DNA from: Acidobacteriota bacterium
GTDB lineage: Bacteria; Acidobacteriota; UBA6911; RPQK01; JAJDTT01
Assembly (NCBI GenBank): GCA_965263035.1
Contig: OZ253580.1
Span: 5,312,001-5,376,000 of the forward strand
Reading direction: 5' to 3'
Length of the DNA stretch: 64,000 nucleotides
A program made the position numbers and the translations under genes. Below the pieces are notes generated by a model. The model saw only the letters and a program-made list of their open reading frames with translations, was not told the origin of the DNA and did not search any database. Position 1 is the first letter of the stretch. Each line of letters starts with the position of its first letter. Below are positions 10,826 through 19,805 of this stretch, one piece after another.

Positions 10826-12307
10826 ATGGATAACCTGAACCGCATGAGTAACCGGACCCTGAACCTCCCAGGCTCAGAGCTGCCGCGGAGGACCTTCTTC
10901 TCCCGCGTCGGCGACGGGCTGCACGGGGCAGCCCTGGCCTGGCTCCTGGGCCGGGACCTTGTGGGCGCCAAACCGGACGCGAGTAGAGTCCGGGACCGGG
11001 TCTACGATCTGCGTCCGCGCCAGCCGAACTTCGAGCCCAAGGCGACTTCCGTCATCCAGTTCTTCATGAACGGGGGTCCCAGCCAGGTGGACCTGTTCGA
11101 TCCCAAACCTGCATTGGAACGTTATGCGGGTAAGCCGCCGGGACGGGATCTGGCCAGCACCATCGAGTTCATCAACGAGGCGGGCGGATTCATGCCCTCC
11201 CCCTTCAAGTTCAAGCGGTACGGCCGGTCGGGCCTCCAACTTTCCAACATGATGCCGCATCTGGCCGAGCAGGTGGATGACATCGCGGTGATCCGGTCCA
11301 TGTTCACCACCCACTTCAACCACGAACCGTCCATCTTCCTGATGCAGAGCGGCCGCCCCTTCTCCAACCGTCCGAGTCTTGGATCCTGGGTGGTCTACGG
11401 GCTGGGCAGCGAGAACCGGAACCTGCCGGCCTATGTGGTCCTGGACGACCCCAAGGGCCTGCCCATCAACCATATCCAAAACTGGCATTCGGGCTGGCTC
11501 CCGCCCGTTTACCAGGGCACTCGGGTCCGCGCGAAGGGCACTCCGATCCTGAACCTGAAGGCGAAGAACGAATACCCCGACCCGGTGCGGGATCTGGCGC
11601 GTTCGCTGCTGGGACGCCTCGACCGGCATCACCGGGACCAGCGTCCAGGCGAGGCGGAACTGCAGGCGCGAATCACCAACTACGAGTTGGCGGCGGGTAT
11701 GCAGTTGGCGGCCAGCGATGCCCTGGACATCTCCCAGGAGAGCGCCGCGACGCGGGAGATGTACGGTGTCGGCCAGGAAGAGACCGACTCGTACGGGCGG
11801 CGTTGCCTGATGGCCCGTCGTCTGGTGGAACGGGGTGTCCGGTTGGTCCAACTGTATATCGAGGGGCAGATCTGGGATACCCACCAGAACCTGCAGCAGG
11901 CGCTGGGGTACGCTTGCGGCAAGACCGACAAACCCGTATCCGCTTTGCTGAAGGACCTGAAACAACGGGGCCTCCTCGACTCGACACTGCTGGTGTGGGG
12001 CGGGGAATTCGGCCGGCTGCCTCTGTCTCAGAGTCGACAGGGGAACCTGGCGGGACGCGACCATGGGCCGGCAGGCTTCTCGGTCTGGCTGGCTGGAGGA
12101 GGCGTCCGCGGTGGGACCGTCTACGGATCCACCGACGAGATCGGCTTCAGGGCGGTGGAGAACCGGGTCAGCGTCCACGATCTCCACGCCACCATCCTGC
12201 ACCAGCTCGGGTTGGGTCACCGGGAGCTGGTCATGGTCCGGGAGGGCCGCAGCGAACGCCTCACCGACGAGTTCCCGGCCCGGGTGGTGAAGGAGATCCT
12301 GGCGTAG
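10826..12307 (+). CDS. DUF1501 family protein (copy 2, full length)
   Basis: Tat-like RRTFF, FMNGGPSQVDLFDPKP, GSWVVYGLG, VWGGEFGR; GAGGAG RBS. Confidence 0.92.
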   Translation: MDNLNRMSNRTLNLPGSELPRRTFFSRVGDGLHGAALAWLLGRDLVGAKPDASRVRDRVYDLRPRQPNFEPKATSVIQFFMNGGPSQVDLFDPKPALERYAGKPPGRDLASTIEFINEAGGFMPSPFKFKRYGRSGLQLSNMMPHLAEQVDDIAVIRSMFTTHFNHEPSIFLMQSGRPFSNRPSLGSWVVYGLGSENRNLPAYVVLDDPKGLPINHIQNWHSGWLPPVYQGTRVRAKGTPILNLKAKNEYPDPVRDLARSLLGRLDRHHRDQRPGEAELQARITNYELAAGMQLAASDALDISQESAATREMYGVGQEETDSYGRRCLMARRLVERGVRLVQLYIEGQIWDTHQNLQQALGYACGKTDKPVSALLKDLKQRGLLDSTLLVWGGEFGRLPLSQSRQGNLAGRDHGPAGFSVWLAGGGVRGGTVYGSTDEIGFRAVENRVSVHDLHATILHQLGLGHRELVMVREGRSERLTDEFPARVVKEILA

Positions 12308-12401
12308 CTGGCCGCGGTGGCCTTTGCGACGGTGCGTCCACGGGCCGATAGATTTTGATAGCTAAGCCTGGATAGCTGATTATCTGGTGGAGCGTTTCGT
12401 C

Positions 12402-12644
12402 ATGGTCGTCAAAGTTGGCCCAAAACGCCAAGTCACGCTTCCGACGCGGATAATGGAGGCGTTGGGCGTAGGTCCCGGCGACGAATTGGAGCTGACCGAA
12501 GGCCGTGACGGCTTCACGTTACGGCGTAGACGTATCGAATTGTCCCGGCTGGGAACGCTGCACAGCAAGATCTCGCCGGGACACGCGCCATTCGACATCG
12601 CCAAGTTCCGGAAACAATCGTACGACCTGACATTCAGGGATTGA
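12402..12644 (+). CDS. AbrB/MazE-family antitoxin (paralogue of 1181-1423), no toxin downstream
   Basis: VKVGPKRQVTLP..ALGVGPGDELE. Confidence 0.85.
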   Translation: MVVKVGPKRQVTLPTRIMEALGVGPGDELELTEGRDGFTLRRRRIELSRLGTLHSKISPGHAPFDIAKFRKQSYDLTFRD

Positions 12645-12776
12645 CCGCCCGTTCTTTCCCCTTAGATTCTTCGGATAGCCGGAACTGGATTTCATGCTGG
12701 TAAGCCGCAAATTGGATGTTCCTGACCATCAGATGTAGCCTTCCATACTTAGACGATCCGTTCGTCAGATGACGCG

Positions 12777-13034
12777 ATGACTCCGGAAGAGATGATGGTG
12801 GACCTGAAAGCCCGCGGCCATCCGGTAGAATCGGATGAGAGTGGCTTGGCGCAAGTCGTGGCTGCGCTCGGCGTTGCGTATCGTGGGGATCGGGAGGCGA
12901 TCGACGCGTTTCTCAACCGACCGCATCCACTTTTGGACGGTGAGACGCCTTTCGAAATGACTCGCTCCGGTTCGGCAGGTGCGGAAGCGGTCTTGAATCT
13001 CATTCGTCGGGCTCAGGCCGGCATCGCTCTCTGA
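12777..13034 (+). CDS. Xre/MbcA/ParS antitoxin C-terminal domain protein
   Basis: FLNRPHPLLDGETP...GAEAVLNLI.R motif. Confidence 0.75.
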   Translation: MTPEEMMVDLKARGHPVESDESGLAQVVAALGVAYRGDREAIDAFLNRPHPLLDGETPFEMTRSGSAGAEAVLNLIRRAQAGIAL

Positions 13035-13434
13035 TCACATGGCTTGAATCCTCTCCCTGGCCGCGGCCCGGGAAATGATCCAAGGAACGCGGCAGCAACG
13101 AGGTATCCGCTTCTTCGCGGAAATCGAAGCCGGCCTGGAGGTGCAGCCAGTGGCCGCGACCTGGACGGGCATTGGTCTGGGGGGAGACGTCAGGGCTACT
13201 GGGGATGACTTCAATGTGCTGGAGAATCTCCGACTCGAGTATGCGGACAAGGTCGATGAACCCGAGCAACTGAAGCTCTGGCAGGACGATGAGGCTTGAC
13301 ACAGTTTATGTGTCGGGCAATGTTTCCCAGCCGAAGCGTGCACTTCGTTGTTTTGGCCGTATGCTTCGTTAATTATTGGTAGATTATTGGTAGCAGATTG
13401 ACAATTGCTATAACCCGGAGTGATCGGAGGACTT

Positions 13435-13695
13435 ATGTCTGATATCTGCTTGTCCGGTACGAAAGTCCCGGACAACCTCTCCGAGATCACGAGGCGTGTT
13501 CAGTTCGCAGGCGAGCGGATAGCGATGCGAAAACATGGGAAGACCGTCACCGTCCTGGTGCCGCCGTCCGATCTTGAAGCTCTGGAGGCTCTTGAAGATC
13601 GGCTCGATCTCTTGGACGCTCTGGATCCGTTGGCGGACTATCGAGCGAACGGCGGTGTCAGTTTCGACGACCTCAAGGGCGACCTCGGTCTTTGA
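13435..13695 (+). CDS. Phd/YefM-type antitoxin
   Basis: NLSEITRRV..GERIAMRKHGK..VLV..DLEALEALED. Confidence 0.8.
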   Translation: MSDICLSGTKVPDNLSEITRRVQFAGERIAMRKHGKTVTVLVPPSDLEALEALEDRLDLLDALDPLADYRANGGVSFDDLKGDLGL

Positions 13696-13973
13696 CTTGC
13701 CGGATTGTATTTTCGAGAGCGGCGGAAAAAGATCTTCGTAAAATTGTCGACCATACAACCCTCCGTCGATTGGCTGGCGCAATTGAGGTCTTGGCAGGGG
13801 ATCTGTTTCCAGCTGGCGCCCGAAAAGTTGGCGGGGTCGGCGCAGTCTGGCGCATTCTGGTAGGCGGCTGGCGTATCTGCTATACGGTCGAGGCAGGCGA
13901 ACTGGTCATTCTGATCCTTACCATTTCTCGAAGCGCCGATGTGTACGATCGGTTGCGCCGACGGTTGGGGTGA
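13692..13973 (+). CDS. RelE/ParE-family toxin
   Basis: FSRAAEKDLRKI..WRILVGGWRICYTV..DVY; 4-bp overlap with the antitoxin. Confidence 0.85.
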   Translation: MTCRIVFSRAAEKDLRKIVDHTTLRRLAGAIEVLAGDLFPAGARKVGGVGAVWRILVGGWRICYTVEAGELVILILTISRSADVYDRLRRRLG

Positions 13974-14325
13974 GGAGGGCACCCATGCTCACCGATCATA
14001 CGTGGAAGCTCAATCGGGAGTTCGTATTCAAAGGTTGATGATCGTACGCGTTTTCCCCATGTCGACCAAACACCGACGGCTGCTTCCGATCACCGAGAGA
14101 TGGCTACCAGGAGTGGTCATCGGCAGCTCGGTCGAAGAAGTGCCCGAGATCATGGGAGTGGAACGAAAAGGGGCCAGTAACGTTCTCGAGCCACGTAACC
14201 ACGTGACCCGAAGAGTTCACTCCACATAGGAAGGACTCCCGCAAGGCTCGTGCCATTCTCCTCACTCGGTGCTTTACCAGGACCTCCGCTCTTTACAAGT
14301 ATTGCCATACAATTGCGTTGGTAAG

Positions 14326-15219
14326 TTATTGATTCTGTTCTTGAGGCAATCGAGAGATTTGTTGCATCATCGCATGGATAGCACTAGTGGTCAGATTAAA
14401 GAGTATTTCTGCTTCGCTTCCGCCTAGAGATATTTCCGGATGCATTAACGGATTGCGATGGGTGTCCTTTATTTGACTAAGTACATCTAGAATTGAGCTT
14501 ACCTGGCGTTTGAGTTCTTGGTTCTTTTCACTTTTGTTTTCGGCTCGAATTCTATCGATACATGGTGCCCATTCGGTCTTGAAATCGGCGGTAGAGTTGA
14601 TCAACTGATGCCAATTTCGTAACACCGCCTCAGCGGAACGGACAATATGGAAACCACTGGCTGTAGCAAAGCCGAACGCCAAACACCGACCAGACTCTTT
14701 GAAATCGTCCAGTGGGCTGCCCTCCATGTTGTCTAGCTTCTCAATTATTTCCATGCTAAACACACGCTCAGGACAAGTAATCAATGTATCTATAGATAAT
14801 AGTCCCTTTTCAGAGATCAGATAGCTATGGAGCAGGGGAAACTCGTTCGACAATATTATTTCTAAATTGCGGGCGCGAGTCGCGATTTGTTCAACTGCAA
14901 ATGATTCTACTTTTGACTCGAACCATTTGTGGCTGGGCTCCTCAGATGATTTCCTCTTGATTGCATTTGTAATAGTTTCAATTAATGTCGCAACCGGCTT
15001 ATCGTTACGCAGTGCAATCGGTACCCCATTAAGTAAATCCTTTAATGTGGTAACAAGCAAAATTGATTCCACGAAGATATTGCCTTTAGTATTTGTATCC
15101 TCCCATTTTGTCAGTGGATGAAGCAAGTAGCCTAATTCATAAAATGCATGTAAATTTACCTTATTCAAGGGTAGCACCTCCATATACAGCGCCCAGCAAC
15201 AATCGCAGCAGAACTCCAT
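14326..15219 (-). CDS. HEPN-domain protein (AT-rich)
   Basis: ESGRCLAFG..TASGFH..RSAEAVLR and the RxxxxH motif RNPLMH. Confidence 0.7.
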   Translation of the reverse strand: MEFCCDCCWALYMEVLPLNKVNLHAFYELGYLLHPLTKWEDTNTKGNIFVESILLVTTLKDLLNGVPIALRNDKPVATLIETITNAIKRKSSEEPSHKWFESKVESFAVEQIATRARNLEIILSNEFPLLHSYLISEKGLLSIDTLITCPERVFSMEIIEKLDNMEGSPLDDFKESGRCLAFGFATASGFHIVRSAEAVLRNWHQLINSTADFKTEWAPCIDRIRAENKSEKNQELKRQVSSILDVLSQIKDTHRNPLMHPEISLGGSEAEILFNLTTSAIHAMMQQISRLPQEQNQ

Positions 15220-15391
15220 GCTGTTAAAGGAAAACGGCGGGTCATGTTAAGACTCAATGGCAATAGTCCAAAGGAGTTGATGCAGCGAGTTAACTTGGGC
15301 CTATTTCTTCAAACAAGAACGGCCTGAAGCAATGGGGCGGAAAATATAGGGGATTATATACGAAAGTGCCGAAAAAGGTTGCCCGTAGGGG

Positions 15392-15420
15392 TTGACAATC
15401 CCGGAACTTTCCTATATAAT
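15392..15420 (+). promoter_or_regulatory. Consensus sigma70 promoter of the transposase
   Basis: TTGACA-17 bp-TATAAT, then AGGAGG RBS and ATG at 15446. Confidence 0.85.
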
Positions 15421-15445
15421 ATGTCTTGTAAGTCAGGAGGCTGCA

Positions 15446-16396
15446 ATGAGTTACGAGACACGGAACAAGGCACCCGGCAAGGCGTTCCGAGAGGGACTTT
15501 CACTTCGCGGATTCTTCAAGAGATTTCCCGACGATAAAGCCGCTGAGGAATGGTTCATAAAGCAGCGGTGGCCGGAGGAAGTCTGTTGCGTCCATTGCGG
15601 CTCCACCAACGTCCAGACCGGAGCCAAGCATCCTTCCATGCCGTATCGTTGCCGCGATTGCGGCAAGCGGTTCAGCGTCCGGGTCGGGACGGTTATGCAG
15701 TCCTCCAAACTCGGCTATCAGACTTGGTTGCTTGCGACCTACCTCCTTACTACCAGCCTCAAGAGCGTTTCCTCCATGAAGCTGCATCGTGACCTGGACG
15801 TAACACAGAAGACGGCTTGGCACCTTGCTCACCGGATACGGAAAGGTCTGAACCTGACTGGAATGGCCCTGTTCTCCGGCCCGGTCGAGGCTGACGAGGC
15901 GTATCTCGGCGGAAAGCGGAAGAATATGCCGAAGGCCAAACGCGCCAAACTGAAGGGACGTGGAGCCGTTGGAAAGACGGCCGTGGCTGCCGTCAAAGAT
16001 CGCCCCTCCAACCAAGTGTCGGCCCGAGTCGTCCCTGACACCAAGTCTGAAACCCTCTCCCGTTTCGTCTTGGAGCACGTGGGAGAAGATGCCAAGATCT
16101 ACACGGACGATTCAACCTCTTACGGCCGGCTTGTCCATCACGAGACGGTCAGACATTCTCTTCAGGAGTACGTCAAAGGCAACTGCCACACCAACGGAGC
16201 CGAATCGTTCTGGTCCATGTTGAAGCGGAGTTACCACGGAACCTTTCACCACTTCTCGGAACAGCACACCGACCGATACGTTGGAGAGTTTGCCGCACGT
16301 CACAACCTAAGGCGCATGGACACGTTGGATCAAATGGCCCTGGTCGCTGACCGGATGGTGGGAAAGCGGCTGCGTTACAAGGATTTGGTGGGTTGA
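15446..16396 (+). CDS. IS1595 transposase (Zn ribbon + DDE_Tnp_IS1595)
   Basis: CVHC..CRDC; VEADEAYLGG; IYTD; HTNGAESFWS.LKR; RYVGEF..RHN. Confidence 0.95.
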   Translation: MSYETRNKAPGKAFREGLSLRGFFKRFPDDKAAEEWFIKQRWPEEVCCVHCGSTNVQTGAKHPSMPYRCRDCGKRFSVRVGTVMQSSKLGYQTWLLATYLLTTSLKSVSSMKLHRDLDVTQKTAWHLAHRIRKGLNLTGMALFSGPVEADEAYLGGKRKNMPKAKRAKLKGRGAVGKTAVAAVKDRPSNQVSARVVPDTKSETLSRFVLEHVGEDAKIYTDDSTSYGRLVHHETVRHSLQEYVKGNCHTNGAESFWSMLKRSYHGTFHHFSEQHTDRYVGEFAARHNLRRMDTLDQMALVADRMVGKRLRYKDLVG

Positions 16397-16898
16397 ACGA
16401 AAATCGACTGATCTTTGGAGACAACCTTGAAGTCATGCGGGAGGATGTCCCGGATGAATCCGTTGGGAACACACCCAATACATTGGCCTTCCCCATACCA
16501 TCACACACGCTCAGGAGCTTGCCAGCATCGATAAATTCCGGTTTGAGAGGTGGGCTGCTGCTCTGGTGGACGGTATGGAGCCGAACCGAATCCAGAGACG
16601 GGATGGCGGAATTGACGGCGTGGGACGGCTCCCGATCCGCCAGGGCCGGTTCATTGACATCGTTTCTCAGGTCAAAGGCGGCTCTACCAATCCCGGACAC
16701 GTCCAAGCCTTCAACGGCGCACGTCAACAGGCCGGAGCTGATCTCGGCATCTTCACCTGCTTTCGAGACAGAGTGACCAACGGCATGAGAAATGCCGCCG
16801 TCAACGCCGGACGCTTCATGGACCTGCCCAAGATTCAAATCTACACGCCGGAAGACTCCTTTGAGGGGAAGCAACCTAGGATGCCGAGGGCCGCATGA
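16393..16898 (+). pseudogene. DNA methyltransferase/Mrr-like endonuclease fusion with an internal deletion
   Basis: N-terminus NRLIFGDNLEVMRE.VPDESV (N4/N6 MTase start) jumps frame near 16465 to FERWA..DGGIDG..SQVKGG (Mrr_cat-like). Confidence 0.7.
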
Positions 16899-17077
16899 AG
16901 AAACCCAGACACAATCCCCAACATCCCACCATCGAACTGGTCAAGGATTCCTACCAACCGACCAAGGCCGAACTGGAACAGGATATGCGCGTGGAAGCAG
17001 ACTTCGAGGAGCTGGCCCGTGCATTGGTCCAGCCCGTGAATATCAGATGGATAGACCGGCCACGGAACCGGCGTTAA
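16895..17077 (+). CDS. Small hypothetical passenger protein of the IS1595
   Basis: 60 aa, ATGA-coupled, ends just before the right TIR. Confidence 0.55.
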   Translation: MKKPRHNPQHPTIELVKDSYQPTKAELEQDMRVEADFEELARALVQPVNIRWIDRPRNRR

Positions 17078-17153
17078 TGCTCAGGTTTCGGCACTTTCGT
17101 ATATAATCCCCAAAATATAACTTTAAACCGAACGCGTGTGTATTGTTGTATTA

Positions 17154-19688
17154 TCATCGGCTGCGAGCAACCAGGAGCGGGTGGTCCAACGTATCCCCGT
17201 TGGGCTGGAATCCGTTTCCGTCCGTATCCACGTAGATCGGATTCGTGTACGCCACCGGGTGCATCTGGGACTCGGAGCTTCGTCCCCAGCCCTTCTCCAG
17301 GTCTGAGTCTTCTCCGGTCGCCACCACGATCAGGTGGGCGTCCCGCTCCAATTCCACGCGGATCTCTTCCTCGAAGTTCACGACTCCATCGCGAAACATT
17401 TTGGGATGAGACTTGCGGGTGTAGTTGTACCGGGAATCCTGACGGCTGTTGACCAGGACCTGGACCCGGTCGACGTCCAGCCAGTCAGGCGTCTGCACCC
17501 GCACCTTCAGGACCACCGAACCCGCTGAGATCACACTGGACCCGATGGGCATCCCATCCCCCGTCTCCACGTGCAGGAATGGCCCGTTAGTGATCATCAT
17601 CCGTCCCGCCTTGGAGTTGGCGATGACCTCCGCCGGATCGATCTTGCCCGGATCGTCGGTGGAACTGGGCACGTAGGTCCTCCAGCCGCCCACGCCGTTG
17701 CCGCCGAAGGTCCGGTGGGCGTCGCTCACGGCCACGCACCACGTATGCCGTCCCTGGTTCAGGAGTTGGAGCCAGCCGAAGGTCCGGTTCTCCCGTTGGG
17801 CGATCCCACGCCGGTTCCGCACCGGATAAGTCGGGTTGGGATTCAGGATCTCGGCACTCCAGACCTCAGCCGCGTCGATGAGATCTTCGAAACCCACGAA
17901 TCCACCATCGCCCCGCCCGTCGCGGTCCCGGTCGTTGAAGACGTAACCCACTGTAGGGTGATTGGCTTGGACCCAGCGGTCGGGTCCCCCTCCGAAGATA
18001 TTGCGCAGGACGATGGCGTTGAGGCGAGGGTCATATTGCCAGGCCGGTGCGCCACCATCCTGGGTCAGCGGGGAGTACTTGAGGGGAAAGGAGTTGAAGT
18101 GCTGGCCCTGCCCCGTGAGCTCGATGCCGACGACGGTTCGCAGCAAGTCCCCCAGTCCCAACTCGTCGATGTAGGGTTGCCAGTCGTAGATGCGGTTGTG
18201 CTCCGTGGTCGGTATGAACTCCAGTTGCTCGGCGGCGAAGTTGATGATCCGGTCGTAGGTATTGCAGTGGTTGTCGCCGCTGGGTGAAGAGTGGGCGTGG
18301 TAGTCGGTACTGATCCAGCCCGTGGTATCCACCGACCGTTCGAGAGTGGCCTCGACGGCAACGGTCTTTCCCGGCTCAACCGAGACCCGGCGCTCCACCA
18401 GGTTATATTCGGGACCCCGCGTGATTCGGAGCAGGTAGTTGCCCGGGGGAACCTGCTGGGTAAACGCTCCGTCGTGGGAATGGTACTGGTGGTCGCAGCC
18501 GTGGGCCCGATAGTCCGGCCCCAGGTTGGGGGTAGAGGTCCCGTCGACACCCAGGAACTGGACCTTGGCCGGTGACGGATTGCCCCGGGAATCCCGGATC
18601 CGGAAACGGATGGCCGAAGCCGCGGGGGGAGACAGGTCCAGACTCACGGTCTTTCCCGCCGATACCTGGAGATTCAAGTCCTGATCGGGCCGGCCCAGGT
18701 CGGTGAACCGGACCGAATATGCTCCGTCCGGCATTGGGAAAGAGAACCGCCCGCTCCCGTTCGGATAGAGCGGGAGATCCGTCCCCTCGACATTGAACAG
18801 AAGGGAGGATCGAACGGCCGGGTTCCCGCCCTGGTCCAGGGCGCTCCCGGTCACCGTCCCGGTGGAATTCAATACGGAAGCGACCTGGCCGTAGGCGGCC
18901 AGGGGACTGTCCGAAACCGCCAGTGCGATCCCGAACTTCCGGCTTTCTCCAGGGGCTAGTTCCACCTCCGATTCAAGAGCGGACAGACCCTCACCTTCCA
19001 GGGGCGCCCAGGCGTAGGACCGCTTGTCGAACGGATCGATGCTGTCGGCGACTCGAATGGCGCCGACTTCCCAGGTTTTCGAAAACTGAGCCAGACGCTC
19101 GTATGCCGGGGGCGATTTCCAGACCGGTCGCGGCTGGATCTTCCGCGGCTGATCGGATTCATTGTGAAAGGTGGAGAGGATTTCGACATGCTGCCAACCC
19201 GGCTCCAGCCGGTAGACGTGGCGCTGATACAGTCCGTCGCCGCGAGCTGCCGTGCGGACGGTCTCGATCGCCGCCGTTCCGTCACTTCCGTCGCTCGCGA
19301 TCCGGACGTAACTGACGGGACCCGACAGGTGTCCGGGCCGAAATGACGTGATCTGATCGTTACCGGCGCCGGCGAGGTCCAGGTCAAAGAGGGTTCCCGG
19401 GATGACGTCGTAACGGTCATGCATCATATTGGCCCGCCGCTGGGGCAGGTTCCCCGAAATGAGGGCGTGGACGCGATCGTTCCGGAGGACGAAGTCCCCG
19501 AGGATGCCGTCGGCTTCCTTGCCTGACGGCAGGAGATCCGTGTTGTGGCGACCGATCTCGACGGCTTCGGCGGCGCCTTGCTGGGCGACGAGAAAAGCCG
19601 CTAGCCATCCGGCCATTCCGGCCATGAAGAGCAGGGTGAGCCGAGGAAATCGTGAAAGCGACGGAAATTTTGTAGCCATATCGCTCAT
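17154..19688 (-). CDS. CehA/McbA family metallohydrolase (PHP domain, carboxypeptidase-regulatory-like domains)
   Basis: Signal peptide; DYHAHS, TEHN, GHFN-like, ANHP, SDAH, TNGP, YTNPIYVD. Confidence 0.85.
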   Translation of the reverse strand: MSDMATKFPSLSRFPRLTLLFMAGMAGWLAAFLVAQQGAAEAVEIGRHNTDLLPSGKEADGILGDFVLRNDRVHALISGNLPQRRANMMHDRYDVIPGTLFDLDLAGAGNDQITSFRPGHLSGPVSYVRIASDGSDGTAAIETVRTAARGDGLYQRHVYRLEPGWQHVEILSTFHNESDQPRKIQPRPVWKSPPAYERLAQFSKTWEVGAIRVADSIDPFDKRSYAWAPLEGEGLSALESEVELAPGESRKFGIALAVSDSPLAAYGQVASVLNSTGTVTGSALDQGGNPAVRSSLLFNVEGTDLPLYPNGSGRFSFPMPDGAYSVRFTDLGRPDQDLNLQVSAGKTVSLDLSPPAASAIRFRIRDSRGNPSPAKVQFLGVDGTSTPNLGPDYRAHGCDHQYHSHDGAFTQQVPPGNYLLRITRGPEYNLVERRVSVEPGKTVAVEATLERSVDTTGWISTDYHAHSSPSGDNHCNTYDRIINFAAEQLEFIPTTEHNRIYDWQPYIDELGLGDLLRTVVGIELTGQGQHFNSFPLKYSPLTQDGGAPAWQYDPRLNAIVLRNIFGGGPDRWVQANHPTVGYVFNDRDRDGRGDGGFVGFEDLIDAAEVWSAEILNPNPTYPVRNRRGIAQRENRTFGWLQLLNQGRHTWCVAVSDAHRTFGGNGVGGWRTYVPSSTDDPGKIDPAEVIANSKAGRMMITNGPFLHVETGDGMPIGSSVISAGSVVLKVRVQTPDWLDVDRVQVLVNSRQDSRYNYTRKSHPKMFRDGVVNFEEEIRVELERDAHLIVVATGEDSDLEKGWGRSSESQMHPVAYTNPIYVDTDGNGFQPNGDTLDHPLLVARSR

Positions 19689-19805
19689 TATCCGGCGTTT
19701 GGCTTCAGAATCAAGTAAAAATGACCTCAAGTTGTTGAGAATCTTATAGTTGTGGCGACCAGAGAAAGGGGTTCCCCGATGTGGTAGCCTGGAACGGTCT
19801 GAGAC

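Larger units (their letters stand above)
15349..17111 (+). mobile_element. IS1595-family element with passenger genes
   Basis: Perfect 26-bp TIRs GGGGATTATATACGAAAGTGCCGAAA (15349-15374; 17086-17111) and 8-bp TSD AAAATATA (15341-15348; 17112-17119). Confidence 0.95.

Noticed and set aside
13075-13299. Short ORF after the Xre/MbcA antitoxin as its toxin
   Set aside because: No RES motifs; looks like the C-terminal remnant of an unrelated gene I cannot assign
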